A program made the translations under genes and the position numbers. A DNA stretch of 64,000 nucleotides, from NCBI GenBank assembly GCA_964528915.1, contig CAZGUD010000032.1, positions 4,008 to 68,007 of the forward strand, read 5' to 3'. Shown here piece after piece: positions 46,893 through 56,158 of this stretch (position 1 is its first letter; every line of letters starts with the position of its first letter). The stretch comes from an uncultured Terracidiphilus sp. (lineage in GTDB: Bacteria; Acidobacteriota; Terriglobia; Terriglobales; Acidobacteriaceae). The notes under the pieces were generated by a model, which worked only from the letters and a program-made list of their open reading frames with translations, did no database searches and was not told where the DNA came from.

Positions 46893-49217
46893 ATGAAGCT
46901 GAACGCTCAAATAGGACAAACGCCTTGCCTTGTTGCCTTGCTGCTCTTCGCCGCGCCTGCCTGTTTTGCGCAAGACGCCGGCACTTGGAAAGTAATTGGC
47001 CCCGGCGGGGGCGGCACCATGATTGCCCCAACCATCAGCCCTCACGATTCGAAGCTGGAGGTCGAGCACTGCGACATGACCGGCGGTTACGTGACGCGCG
47101 ACAACGGCGAGTCGTGGCACATGTTCAATCTCCGCGGCGGCATCAATGTTACGGCTTTCGATCCCGATGCTCCATCGGTAATTTATGCCGGGAATGCGGC
47201 TCTGTGGCGCAGTAGCGATTTCGGCCGTACATGGAGAATGGTCTTCCCAAATCCCGCCCACAACACCGTGGAGCATCAAGTGGGCGACCACTCCGACTAT
47301 AGCCTCACTTCGGACGATCCCGCCTATCCCGGTGGCGATATCACAGCCGTCGCTGTCGCAGCTCAAAACAGGCGCGAATCCGGGCAGGAAAGTGACGAGC
47401 AACTTTATCTTTCCTTTGCGCAAAGTGGCCAACCCTCCGTCATTGTCTTCTCTCCAGATGGCGGCATCTCCTGGAAGCGCTTCGCTACACTCCCCGGGCG
47501 AGCCCTGTTGCTGACGCCCCAAGGCTCCGAGCTTATTGCCGTCTCCGGCTCGTCGGCCTGGCGCATCGCTGCTGATGGCGCTGTCACCCAACTGGGCGCT
47601 GTACCGTCACCCATTCGCGCAGCCAGCACGGCCCGATCGGGCAACTCGGTCTGGATCTACGCAACCGGCCAGGACGGAAAGGTGTATCTCTCTCAGGGCT
47701 CGGGCGTGAACTGGAAACCGGTCACGCCCCAACTGCAACAGACTTCCGGCCGTTTTGAAGCCATCGCCGCCAGCGATTTGCATCCGGAGGTTGCGTATGT
47801 GGGATTCCGACGCCTTCGACTCGGCGAGGGCGATGAGAATCTGTTCAATGGAATTGCCAAGACCACTGACGGAGGACAGTCGTGGAAGATCGTCTACAAG
47901 GAATCGACCCAGCCTGCCGTTAACCTGACCCCAAGCTGGCTCGAACAGCGCTCCGAGCAGGACAACGAGAACATCTGGTTTGACTCGCCTTACAGCCTCG
48001 GTGTGGCACCCGGCAATCCGGATGTAGCCTACGCAACCGACCTCTTCCGCACTTACCGCACGCTCGATGGCGGCGCAACCTGGCAGGAAATGAACTCGAG
48101 GAAACTGAGCGACGGCAGTTGGACTTCTCGAGGCCTGGATGTGACTACCGACTACGGCGTGCAGTTTGACCCCTTCGACTCCCGGCACATCTACATCGAC
48201 TACACCGATATAGGCCTGTTTCAAAGCACCAATGGCGGCCAATCGTGGCGCAGTACCTCCGACGGAGTTCCCGATAGCTGGCGCAACACCACTTACTGGC
48301 TAGCCTTCGATCCCTCTCAGCGCGGTCTCGTCTGGGGCGCCTTCAGCGGCAAGCACGATCTGCCTCGGCCTAAGGATTGGCGAACCACCAGTCCTTCGAC
48401 GTTTACAGGCGGTGTCGCCGTGTCAACCGATGGTGGCAATCACTGGACGCCGAGCAATTCCGGTCTTCCTGTGGACTCCATCACTCACATCCTGCTCGAT
48501 TCTTCGAGCCCAGCCGGCAGCCGCACCCTTTACGCCTGCGCTTTTGGCCGTGGCGTCTACAAGTCCACCGACAATGGCCGCACCTGGACGCAGAAAAACG
48601 CGGGCATCGAAGGCGCCGAACCTTTCGCGTGGCGCATCACGGCTTCTCAGGATGGCAGTTTGTATCTGGTTGTCTCTCGCCGCAACGAAGGCTTCAACCA
48701 CTCTCCGTCGGGTGCGGGAGCTCTTTATCGCTCGACAGACAAGGCAGAACACTGGCAGCGCATCGATCTGCCGGCGGGTGTCACGGGCCCAACGGGACTG
48801 GAGATCGATCCTCGCAATCCCCAACGGTTATACCTCACGGCATGGGGTCAGGAAGGCAAGATCTCCGACGAGAATGGCGGCGTCTTTGCCTCCGACGACG
48901 GCGGCAAAACGTGGCAAACGCTGTTCACGAAGTCGCAGCACGTCTACGACCTGACTATCGATCCACGCCACCCTGACACTCTCTATATCTGCGGCTTCGA
49001 TGCCGCTGCGTACCGCTCCACGGACCGCGGCGCTCATTGGCAACGCATCCAGGGCTACGACTTCAAGTGGGGCCATCGCATCATAATCGACCCCAACAAC
49101 CCTGGCATGATTTACATCACCACTTACGGCGGAGGAGTTTGGCACGGACCAGCCACGGGCGCAGCGAACCCACCCGAAGCCGATCAATCACGCGTGCCTA
49201 TCGCCGGGGCCCGATAG
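46893..49217 (+). CDS. Secreted BNR/Asp-box beta-propeller protein, paralog B
   Basis: Colinear with 38655..41021; a signal peptide follows ATG 46893. Confidence 0.85.
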   Translation: MKLNAQIGQTPCLVALLLFAAPACFAQDAGTWKVIGPGGGGTMIAPTISPHDSKLEVEHCDMTGGYVTRDNGESWHMFNLRGGINVTAFDPDAPSVIYAGNAALWRSSDFGRTWRMVFPNPAHNTVEHQVGDHSDYSLTSDDPAYPGGDITAVAVAAQNRRESGQESDEQLYLSFAQSGQPSVIVFSPDGGISWKRFATLPGRALLLTPQGSELIAVSGSSAWRIAADGAVTQLGAVPSPIRAASTARSGNSVWIYATGQDGKVYLSQGSGVNWKPVTPQLQQTSGRFEAIAASDLHPEVAYVGFRRLRLGEGDENLFNGIAKTTDGGQSWKIVYKESTQPAVNLTPSWLEQRSEQDNENIWFDSPYSLGVAPGNPDVAYATDLFRTYRTLDGGATWQEMNSRKLSDGSWTSRGLDVTTDYGVQFDPFDSRHIYIDYTDIGLFQSTNGGQSWRSTSDGVPDSWRNTTYWLAFDPSQRGLVWGAFSGKHDLPRPKDWRTTSPSTFTGGVAVSTDGGNHWTPSNSGLPVDSITHILLDSSSPAGSRTLYACAFGRGVYKSTDNGRTWTQKNAGIEGAEPFAWRITASQDGSLYLVVSRRNEGFNHSPSGAGALYRSTDKAEHWQRIDLPAGVTGPTGLEIDPRNPQRLYLTAWGQEGKISDENGGVFASDDGGKTWQTLFTKSQHVYDLTIDPRHPDTLYICGFDAAAYRSTDRGAHWQRIQGYDFKWGHRIIIDPNNPGMIYITTYGGGVWHGPATGAANPPEADQSRVPIAGAR

Positions 49218-49270
49218 AATTCCATCTGCGGTCAAAAACATCTGAAGAGCGCCCGAAAGGAGCTTCCCCG

Positions 49271-51688
49271 ATGATGGACTTATCACGCCGGGAATTCCTG
49301 CATGCAGTGACGGGAGCCGCGGTCGGCAGCACGGTTGCCGGCCATGACTCGCTGCTTTACAGCGAATCGCTTGCCGCATTGCCCACGGCAGCGCGCCAGA
49401 ATAGCGATGAGCCACGCCTGCCGATCCAATCTCTTGTATTTCCCCAGCCGCAGCAGATTTCCGCTTCTGACAGCGACTTCGTGCTTGATAACCAGGTGCC
49501 GATTCTGGTGCCCTCGAATGCATCGAATGAAAATTTGTTCCTGGCCAATTCGCTGATGAACGAATTGAGTGACAGGTTTGGCGTTTATTTAAAGATCGAA
49601 TCCGCAGCAAGTCTGAGCCCCGGCAAGCGCGCAATTCTGATGGGATCGATTGAGAATCCATTGGTCCGGGAGTATTGCGACCGTACGCAGTTAATGCCGG
49701 ACCTGCAAAGTCATGGTCAGGAAAGTTATCTGCTTCGCACCGGCAGCAATATGGTGCTGGTGGCCGGCAACGACGATCGTGGCGCTTTTTATGGGCTGCA
49801 GTCACTCCGCCAACTGCTCGCCGGCGAAGAGGGACAAGCACGATTTCGCGGCGTAAACATTCTCGATTGGCCCGATAAGCCCTTTCGAGGCATCTACCTT
49901 TTCCTTCCCGGGCGCGACAATATCCCGTTCTTCAAGCGCTTCGTCCGCGACTTCATGGCGCTCTACAAATACAACACTCTCATGATGGAAATGAACGCCT
50001 GCATGAGACTCGACAGCCATCCCGAACTGAATCATGGATGGGTGCAGTTTGCAAGAGATGTCGATTTGAGTTGCCGCAATTATCCCCGCGAGCCCTTCCA
50101 CGGCATGGAACAGAACTCTTCGCACCAGGATGTCGCGGATGGAGGTTTCCTCGAAAAAGAAGAAGTTGCCGATCTGGCCCGTTGGGTTGCGAAGCACCAC
50201 ATCGAATTGGTTCCCGTGCTGCCTTCTTTCACCCACAGTTATTATTTGTTGACCGAGCACCGGGACTTAGCCGCAGTGCCTCAGGACAAGTGGCCCGACA
50301 TTTATTGTCCGGTTAATCCAAAGTCTTACTCGCTCACCTTTGAGGTCTACGACGAGTTCATCGAAGTTCTGAAACCTCGCAGCGTTCACATCGGGCACGA
50401 TGAGCTGTTTCTTCCTGTCGATGTTTCTGCGCAATGCAGCGACAAGGATATTGGGGAGCTGTATGGAGAGGATGTCAAAAAAATCCACGATCATCTTGCG
50501 TCGCGGGGCATCGGCACCCAGCTTTGGGGCGACATGCTGCTGCAGTCGGTAAGAGGCAGCGGGATGGAAAAGAAAAAGGCTCCGGATGGGTGGACCTACA
50601 ATTCTCCTGGCGGCCTGACTCCGGAGCAGGTTGAGAGACTGATTCCCAAAGACTGCCTCATCTATAACTGGTTCTGGAGCGATGATCCCGGCCAACAAGG
50701 CTCTGCGGAACGCAACGAAGCGACCCTCGAACAAATGGGCTTCCAGCAGATTTTCGGAAACTTCGAGCCAGGCATTCAGAATTATGAGACTCGCAAAAAG
50801 CGCTCGACTCTGCTGGGTGGCGCACCGTCAGCCTGGTTTGCCACGAACGAAGTTGGTTTTGGCAAGGACCTGATGGCGGCTTTCCTTGGATGCAGCAACA
50901 TACTCTGGACCGGCCATGTACTCGAAGGCAAAGCCCTGTCTGCGCGCGTGCAATCCATGCTTCCAGGCATTCGGGTGAGGCTCAGCGGAATCGTTCCTCC
51001 GAGCCTGACAGAAACCTCGATCGTGCCGGCGGATATTTCGCGCAACTTCAATGTGACAGACTCCGTGCCGTCGCTGGGCGTGAGCCTTCAAGACATGGTG
51101 GCTGGATCGGTGCAGGCCAACCGTGTTCCGTTCAATTTGCAACGCGCGAACGGAATGCGCGCGATCGTCGTCGGCACCGAAGGCAAGCAGGCCACCGGCT
51201 TGCCTGCCGCGGTTACCGGCATTCCGGTGGGAGAATCTCCGACCAGTCTGATCTTCCTCCATGCGTCTGCAAGGCGCGCAAGCAACCGCGAGAATTATCG
51301 GTTGATCTGGGACCAGCAGGACACGGCCGATCTGCTGGGATGGTATGAAGCCGTTTACGAAGATGGTTTTGTCACCACGATTCCCATTCGTTACGGCGTG
51401 AATATTCTCGAGTGGGACTGGGGCAGGCGCGACTCAGCAAACGGTTATTGCTACGGCGCGGACGCAGTAGTGGTTTCAGGTGAGGGCGCCAATCGCATTA
51501 CATTCTTCGCATACGAGTGGATCAATCCCCGGCGAGGCAAAGTGGTTCGCGAAGTTCGGCTCAAAGGCACGTCTGACTTCCGCGGCGGTTCCGGCGAATT
51601 CAATAACGATTGGGGGCCGGTGATCGCCAATAATGCGATCATTCTGGCGGCGCTCAGCGTGGTAAAGAAGCGTCCAGGGGGCTCTTGA
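49271..51688 (+). CDS. GH20-like beta-N-acetylhexosaminidase with Tat signal
   Basis: SRREFL leader, ESY.L, G.FYGLQSLRQL, DWPDKPFRG, YKYN and HIGHDE catalytic pair. Confidence 0.83.
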   Translation: MMDLSRREFLHAVTGAAVGSTVAGHDSLLYSESLAALPTAARQNSDEPRLPIQSLVFPQPQQISASDSDFVLDNQVPILVPSNASNENLFLANSLMNELSDRFGVYLKIESAASLSPGKRAILMGSIENPLVREYCDRTQLMPDLQSHGQESYLLRTGSNMVLVAGNDDRGAFYGLQSLRQLLAGEEGQARFRGVNILDWPDKPFRGIYLFLPGRDNIPFFKRFVRDFMALYKYNTLMMEMNACMRLDSHPELNHGWVQFARDVDLSCRNYPREPFHGMEQNSSHQDVADGGFLEKEEVADLARWVAKHHIELVPVLPSFTHSYYLLTEHRDLAAVPQDKWPDIYCPVNPKSYSLTFEVYDEFIEVLKPRSVHIGHDELFLPVDVSAQCSDKDIGELYGEDVKKIHDHLASRGIGTQLWGDMLLQSVRGSGMEKKKAPDGWTYNSPGGLTPEQVERLIPKDCLIYNWFWSDDPGQQGSAERNEATLEQMGFQQIFGNFEPGIQNYETRKKRSTLLGGAPSAWFATNEVGFGKDLMAAFLGCSNILWTGHVLEGKALSARVQSMLPGIRVRLSGIVPPSLTETSIVPADISRNFNVTDSVPSLGVSLQDMVAGSVQANRVPFNLQRANGMRAIVVGTEGKQATGLPAAVTGIPVGESPTSLIFLHASARRASNRENYRLIWDQQDTADLLGWYEAVYEDGFVTTIPIRYGVNILEWDWGRRDSANGYCYGADAVVVSGEGANRITFFAYEWINPRRGKVVREVRLKGTSDFRGGSGEFNNDWGPVIANNAIILAALSVVKKRPGGS

Positions 51689-51696
51689 TCGAACCG

Positions 51697-52767
51697 TCAG
51701 CGCGACGAGCCGCTCAACAGCTTCAGCGCATTTTCGCGGTAGACTTTGCGCAGCACATCGTCAGGCAGAAAAATTCCGTAAATGTTCCACCGTCCCTGGC
51801 GCGACGCGTGCGATGGATACTCGAAGTACTGATCGGCAGTCTCGAGAAAGCGATAGTAGAGACGATACATTTCGATATCTGGAATCAGATCTGTACCAAA
51901 CAGAACTCTGTCTGCATACTTCACCATGAATTCGCGCGCCGTGTAAGGCTGGCGGCCCATCTCCGCAATCCGCGCGCTGATATCCACATACAAGTTAGGA
52001 CTGCGATCCAGCAGCTTTGCCACGCTGGCCAGGTCCTCGCTGCTTTCCGCAAGATGCGCGCAGACGAAGGTCGTCGCGGGGTGCCGCGCTATCACGTGGT
52101 TGCGCTGTTCCAGCAGCGAGGCCTTGGAAACCGGCGAATCGCAAAAGCTCCAATCCGGATGAGCCGCCAGCTCCTCATATCGCTCGTTGAACCGATCGAC
52201 GGGCGAGAAAAACGCATCCGGATCGGCAGTGTGAAACATCACCGGAATTTTCAATTCCGCCGCCTTGTCGAATATCGGCGCCAGTCTCTCATCGTCAATA
52301 CGCAGCAAAGCGCCGCTGCCCTCTCGAACCGTCAGGCCCAGGTCTTTCCAGAACTTGATTCCACAGACGCCATGCTCTACCAGCCACTCCAGCCGGTCCA
52401 GGCTCAGTTGGGTAAAATCACCGCGCTCCACGCCGCTCCAGTCCATCCACCCGATGGTGGCAAAGCGATCCGGCGCTGCCCCATGAAATCTGTCGATCGA
52501 ATCAATCGCCGCCTGCCCCGTCAGCATGGTGATATTCACAATCTTCTCCACGCCGCACGCATCCATGATGTCCAGCACCGCTCGTGGCGATTGCGCATCG
52601 AGATGATTGTGATAGTCGATCACCGGGAATCGTGGCCGCGCGATTACATGAGCCGGAACCTTGAGCTGGGTGCGCGGAGCGTAATCGCTCAGGCGTAGAT
52701 CCACTTCAGCCCTGGCGCTCACCATGGCCACAAACATGTCTTCGGGGTTTCCGTTTTCGGAACTCAT
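51697..52767 (-). CDS. Amidohydrolase_2 family protein, no signal peptide
   Basis: VIDYHNH, GIKFWK, VMFH, CAH and VLFGTD; clear paralog of 42230..43435. Start uncertain. Confidence 0.85.
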   Translation of the reverse strand: MSSENGNPEDMFVAMVSARAEVDLRLSDYAPRTQLKVPAHVIARPRFPVIDYHNHLDAQSPRAVLDIMDACGVEKIVNITMLTGQAAIDSIDRFHGAAPDRFATIGWMDWSGVERGDFTQLSLDRLEWLVEHGVCGIKFWKDLGLTVREGSGALLRIDDERLAPIFDKAAELKIPVMFHTADPDAFFSPVDRFNERYEELAAHPDWSFCDSPVSKASLLEQRNHVIARHPATTFVCAHLAESSEDLASVAKLLDRSPNLYVDISARIAEMGRQPYTAREFMVKYADRVLFGTDLIPDIEMYRLYYRFLETADQYFEYPSHASRQGRWNIYGIFLPDDVLRKVYRENALKLLSGSSR

Positions 52768-52845
52768 ACTCAAACTTCCTGGATGCTGCGGCGGCATCAC
52801 TCGACGAAATAAAGTATAGTCCGCAACGCTTTTCTATGCGCATTA

Positions 52846-52869
52846 AAAGTTTCGTTTCATTTCGTTTTG
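52846..52869 (+). promoter_or_regulatory. Probable AgaR operator
   Basis: AAAGTTTCGTTTCATTTCGTTTTG matches the E. coli AgaR consensus as I recall it (WRMMTTTCRTTTYRTTTYNYTTKK) at all but one position. It lies between divergent genes next to agaZ/agaR. Confidence 0.7.
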
Positions 52870-52956
52870 ATGTACACTTGGAATCGTAGAGGGCCCTCCC
52901 CCAATTAACTACCCGCGTCCAACGGGATTTCCGCGCCTCCGAAGTGGAGAAATGCT

Positions 52957-54225
52957 GTGCCGAATGTACTCGAGCAGTTGGCTGAGTCACGCCGCCAGCG
53001 CCGGCCGAAAGGCGTCTACTCTGTCTGCTCCGCACACCCCTGGGTTCTGGAAGCGGCCATCGATCAGGCGCTCGAAGATGAGTCGGACCTGCTGATCGAG
53101 GCCACCTCAAACCAAGTCAATCATCTGGGCGGATACACCGGTATGCAGCCCGCGGACTTCCGCCGGCTGGTCGTCGATATTGCCGCGCGCAAGGGATTTG
53201 ACCAGTCACGGCTGATCCTGGGCGGAGATCATCTGGGGCCAAATCCATGGCAGAGGCAGCCGGCCGCGCAGGCAATGCGGGAAGCCGAGCGGACCGTGGA
53301 AGCCTACGCGGGCGCTGGCTTTCAGAAGATCCACCTCGATGCCAGCATGGCTTGCGCCGGCGATCGCAGCCCCCTGGACGGCGAAACTGTCGCCCGCAGA
53401 GCCGCAATCCTTTGCGCCGCCGCGGAGCGTGCGAGTGGAGCGCAAAAGCCCGTCTATGTAATTGGCACGGAGGTGCCCGTTCCAGGCGGAGCCACCGAGA
53501 GCCTGAAGGGACTTGCGGTCACCAGCCGTGATGCTGCCGCTGAAACCCTGGCCACACACCGGCGAATCTTCAATGAGGCGGGGCTTGCCCACGTATGGCC
53601 ACGGATGATCGCTCTCGTGGTGCAGCCGGGAGTTGAATTTAATCACGACAGCGTGGTCGATTATGATCCGGCTCGTGCCGTCGAACTCACGAATCTTTTG
53701 AACAGCGAACCCGGGCTGGTGTATGAGGCGCATTCGACTGACTATCAGCAACCCGACGCTTATCGCAGCCTGGTGCGCGATGGATTCGCCATTCTGAAGG
53801 TGGGTCCGGCGCTCACTTTCGCCATGCGCGAGGCGCTGGCCGCGCTGTCTTCGATTGAGGCTGAACTGGAGCCCCAGGGCCAATCTGCTCAGCTAATGGA
53901 TGTGCTGGATCGCGTAATGGTAGAGGATCCGCGCCACTGGGAACACCATTACAGCGGCGATGAACGGGCCAGGTATCTGCTGCGACGCTACAGTTACAGC
54001 GACCGCGTGCGTTACTACTGGAATTATCCGCGGGTGAAGCAGGCAGTGGAGACGCTTATGTCAAACCTGCAGCAGAGAGCGATTCCTGAAACGATGCTCA
54101 GCGCCTTTTTACCCGACGAGTATCGTGCGGTCCGTGCCGGAACACTGCGGCCTGACGCGCACTCCATCATCATTCATCGCATCCGCACTGTGCTGAGGGT
54201 CTACGCGCGTGCCTGCAAGGCGTAA
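52957..54225 (+). CDS. agaZ: AgaZ/KbaZ/GatZ family protein (tagatose-6-phosphate epimerase / aldolase accessory)
   Basis: SVCSAHP, IEATSNQVN..GGYTGM, GGDHLGPN, KIHLDASM, GTEVPVPGG, VVQPGVEF, EAHSTDYQ and SYSDRVRYYW. Confidence 0.92.
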   Translation: MPNVLEQLAESRRQRRPKGVYSVCSAHPWVLEAAIDQALEDESDLLIEATSNQVNHLGGYTGMQPADFRRLVVDIAARKGFDQSRLILGGDHLGPNPWQRQPAAQAMREAERTVEAYAGAGFQKIHLDASMACAGDRSPLDGETVARRAAILCAAAERASGAQKPVYVIGTEVPVPGGATESLKGLAVTSRDAAAETLATHRRIFNEAGLAHVWPRMIALVVQPGVEFNHDSVVDYDPARAVELTNLLNSEPGLVYEAHSTDYQQPDAYRSLVRDGFAILKVGPALTFAMREALAALSSIEAELEPQGQSAQLMDVLDRVMVEDPRHWEHHYSGDERARYLLRRYSYSDRVRYYWNYPRVKQAVETLMSNLQQRAIPETMLSAFLPDEYRAVRAGTLRPDAHSIIIHRIRTVLRVYARACKA

Positions 54226-54267
54226 ATGGGCTGGTGAAGATTTCACAGCTAATGTGGTGAGTGTGCT

Positions 54268-55059
54268 CTATACGCGAATTACTTCGATACCTGCGGATTT
54301 CAGCGTTTCCACTTCCTCATCGCCAAGCTGGTCGTCTGTAATGACTGTATGAATGGCTGATGGTGGAACGATGAGAGCCAGGCTGCGGCGCACGAATTTT
54401 GTGGAATCGCACACGGCCACTACTCGCGTGGCGGCGTTCACCATGGCGCGGTTCACTCGCGACTCCGCGAAGTTCGGCGTCATGAGGCCAGCCTTCACAT
54501 CAAAGCCATCCACGCCCAGAAAGAGAATGTCGGCATGCATTTCGCTCAGCACATCCTCAGCCAGTGGCCCCACCAGCGAAAATGAGTTTTTGCGCAGCGT
54601 TCCCCCGGTCAGAATCACTTCAAAGTCAGTCCCCGCCAGTTCGGTGGCGATATTTACTGAATTCGTAATGACCGTGAGATGGTTAAATCGGCGCAATTCC
54701 CGTGCCACCGCCGTGGTGGTTGTGCCTGAATCGAGCAGTACGCATTGGCCTTCTTCCACCAGCGATGCGGCCTTCTTCGCAATGCGCTGCTTCTCCTTTA
54801 GTTGCTTCTGCTCCTTCTCCTGCAATGAGGGGTCGAGAAGCATGCTGCCCTGCGGGGAGAGCGCTCCACCATGGGTGCGCTGCACCAGCCCCTTCGACTC
54901 CAGATAGTCGAGATCCTTGCGAATCGTAATGCGGGAGATACCCAGCGCATCGGACAGTTCCGAGACCAGCACCCGGCCATCGCGCTGGACGAGCGCCAGC
55001 ATATGGTTACGACGTTCGTCGATGAGCATGTCGGTGCCGCTTTTGGTGTTGGCTTTCAT
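54268..55059 (-). CDS. agaR: DeoR-family repressor AgaR
   Basis: ERR..., TIRKDL..LE, RTHGGA, LDSGTTT, ITNS, GGTLR..SFSLVG and LFLGVDGFD; aga context. Confidence 0.85.
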   Translation of the reverse strand: MKANTKSGTDMLIDERRNHMLALVQRDGRVLVSELSDALGISRITIRKDLDYLESKGLVQRTHGGALSPQGSMLLDPSLQEKEQKQLKEKQRIAKKAASLVEEGQCVLLDSGTTTTAVARELRRFNHLTVITNSVNIATELAGTDFEVILTGGTLRKNSFSLVGPLAEDVLSEMHADILFLGVDGFDVKAGLMTPNFAESRVNRAMVNAATRVVAVCDSTKFVRRSLALIVPPSAIHTVITDDQLGDEEVETLKSAGIEVIRV

Positions 55060-55216
55060 TTTCTCTATCTTGGAGTGTCGTAATTGTTCCCTATCATACC
55101 CGTTTGCGCCCGGGCCGGGGCGAGAAATCACTGCGCGGGAACCATGGCCAGAAACTATCGCCTGAATCCATCGTTATGGGTCCGGCACTTGCGGCCACTG
55201 CATTTCCGGTTCGAAC

Positions 55217-56152
55217 TCAGGATGGGCGACCGAGAAACTCTCGCATCAATCCGGAATCGCGGAAAGATTCCGTGCCTCCAGGTCGCAGGGTAGAAAGTGC
55301 AGCAGTACGATTTCCAAAGGCCGCGCAGGCATCCGGCGTCTCGCCTCGCAGGTATGCGGCCAGGAAACCGGCATCGAAGCTGTCACCGGCGCCAATCGTA
55401 TCCAAAGGAGTGACAGGGTCGGCGGGAATGTGCCACCGCTGGCTTGCTGTCTGCACCAGCGCGCCGCGCTTTCCGCATTTGACGGCCACAAGCGGTACTC
55501 GCTTTGCCAGGTTTTCAATGGCGCCCTCGGCGTCGGGCTTACCGCTGATGCGGCAGGCCTCATCTTCATTCGGAAGGAAGATATCGACGATGCCCAGCAG
55601 TTCGTCGAGCACGCCGTTCCAGCGATCCTCGGGATCGTCATTGGTATCGAGCGAGAGCGTGAGTCCCTTGCTCTTCAGTTGCCTGAAAATCCTGGGCAAG
55701 TCCGGCTGAAGCGCCTTGTGCAGGAATAGCGAGGAAAGATGAAAGTGCCGGCCCGAACCGAGGTAAGACATATCGAGGTCTGCGGCAGACATCTCAAACA
55801 TGGTTCCCGGATAAGTTAGGATATGACGCTTGCCTTCATGGTTAAGAAGGATGGTGACGCCGGTGGAGGTGCCGCCGGAGATGCGCTTGACACAAGCAAG
55901 GTCGACGCCTTTTTCCGCCAGGCGTTCCAGGGCCAAACTGCCGAGTGCGTCATCTCCGAGCCGGGTGATGAAACCGACTGAGACACCAAGCGCAGATAGG
56001 TTGTGGGCGAGAATTGCCGAGGAGCTGCCCAGGGTGAGCCGGAAGTCGCTGGCCAGCAACTCGCGCTCCAGCGGCATAACTTCGGGGAGCCCATAGAGAA
56101 TGAGGTCAAGATTGATCTCACCCGCAATCGTGACATCGAAACGTTTCTGCAT
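55217..56152 (-). CDS. PfkB-family carbohydrate kinase
   Basis: GSSSAI.A, FLPNEDEA, VKCGKRGA and DTIGAGDSFDAGF. Confidence 0.9.
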   Translation of the reverse strand: MQKRFDVTIAGEINLDLILYGLPEVMPLERELLASDFRLTLGSSSAILAHNLSALGVSVGFITRLGDDALGSLALERLAEKGVDLACVKRISGGTSTGVTILLNHEGKRHILTYPGTMFEMSAADLDMSYLGSGRHFHLSSLFLHKALQPDLPRIFRQLKSKGLTLSLDTNDDPEDRWNGVLDELLGIVDIFLPNEDEACRISGKPDAEGAIENLAKRVPLVAVKCGKRGALVQTASQRWHIPADPVTPLDTIGAGDSFDAGFLAAYLRGETPDACAAFGNRTAALSTLRPGGTESFRDSGLMREFLGRPS

Positions 56153-56158
56153 ATCGCT

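Noticed and set aside
42419..52698. Long antisense ORFs over both amidohydrolases (42419..43390 and 51685..52698)
   Set aside because: Explained by scarcity of TTA/CTA/TCA codons in the sense genes; no recognisable domains.
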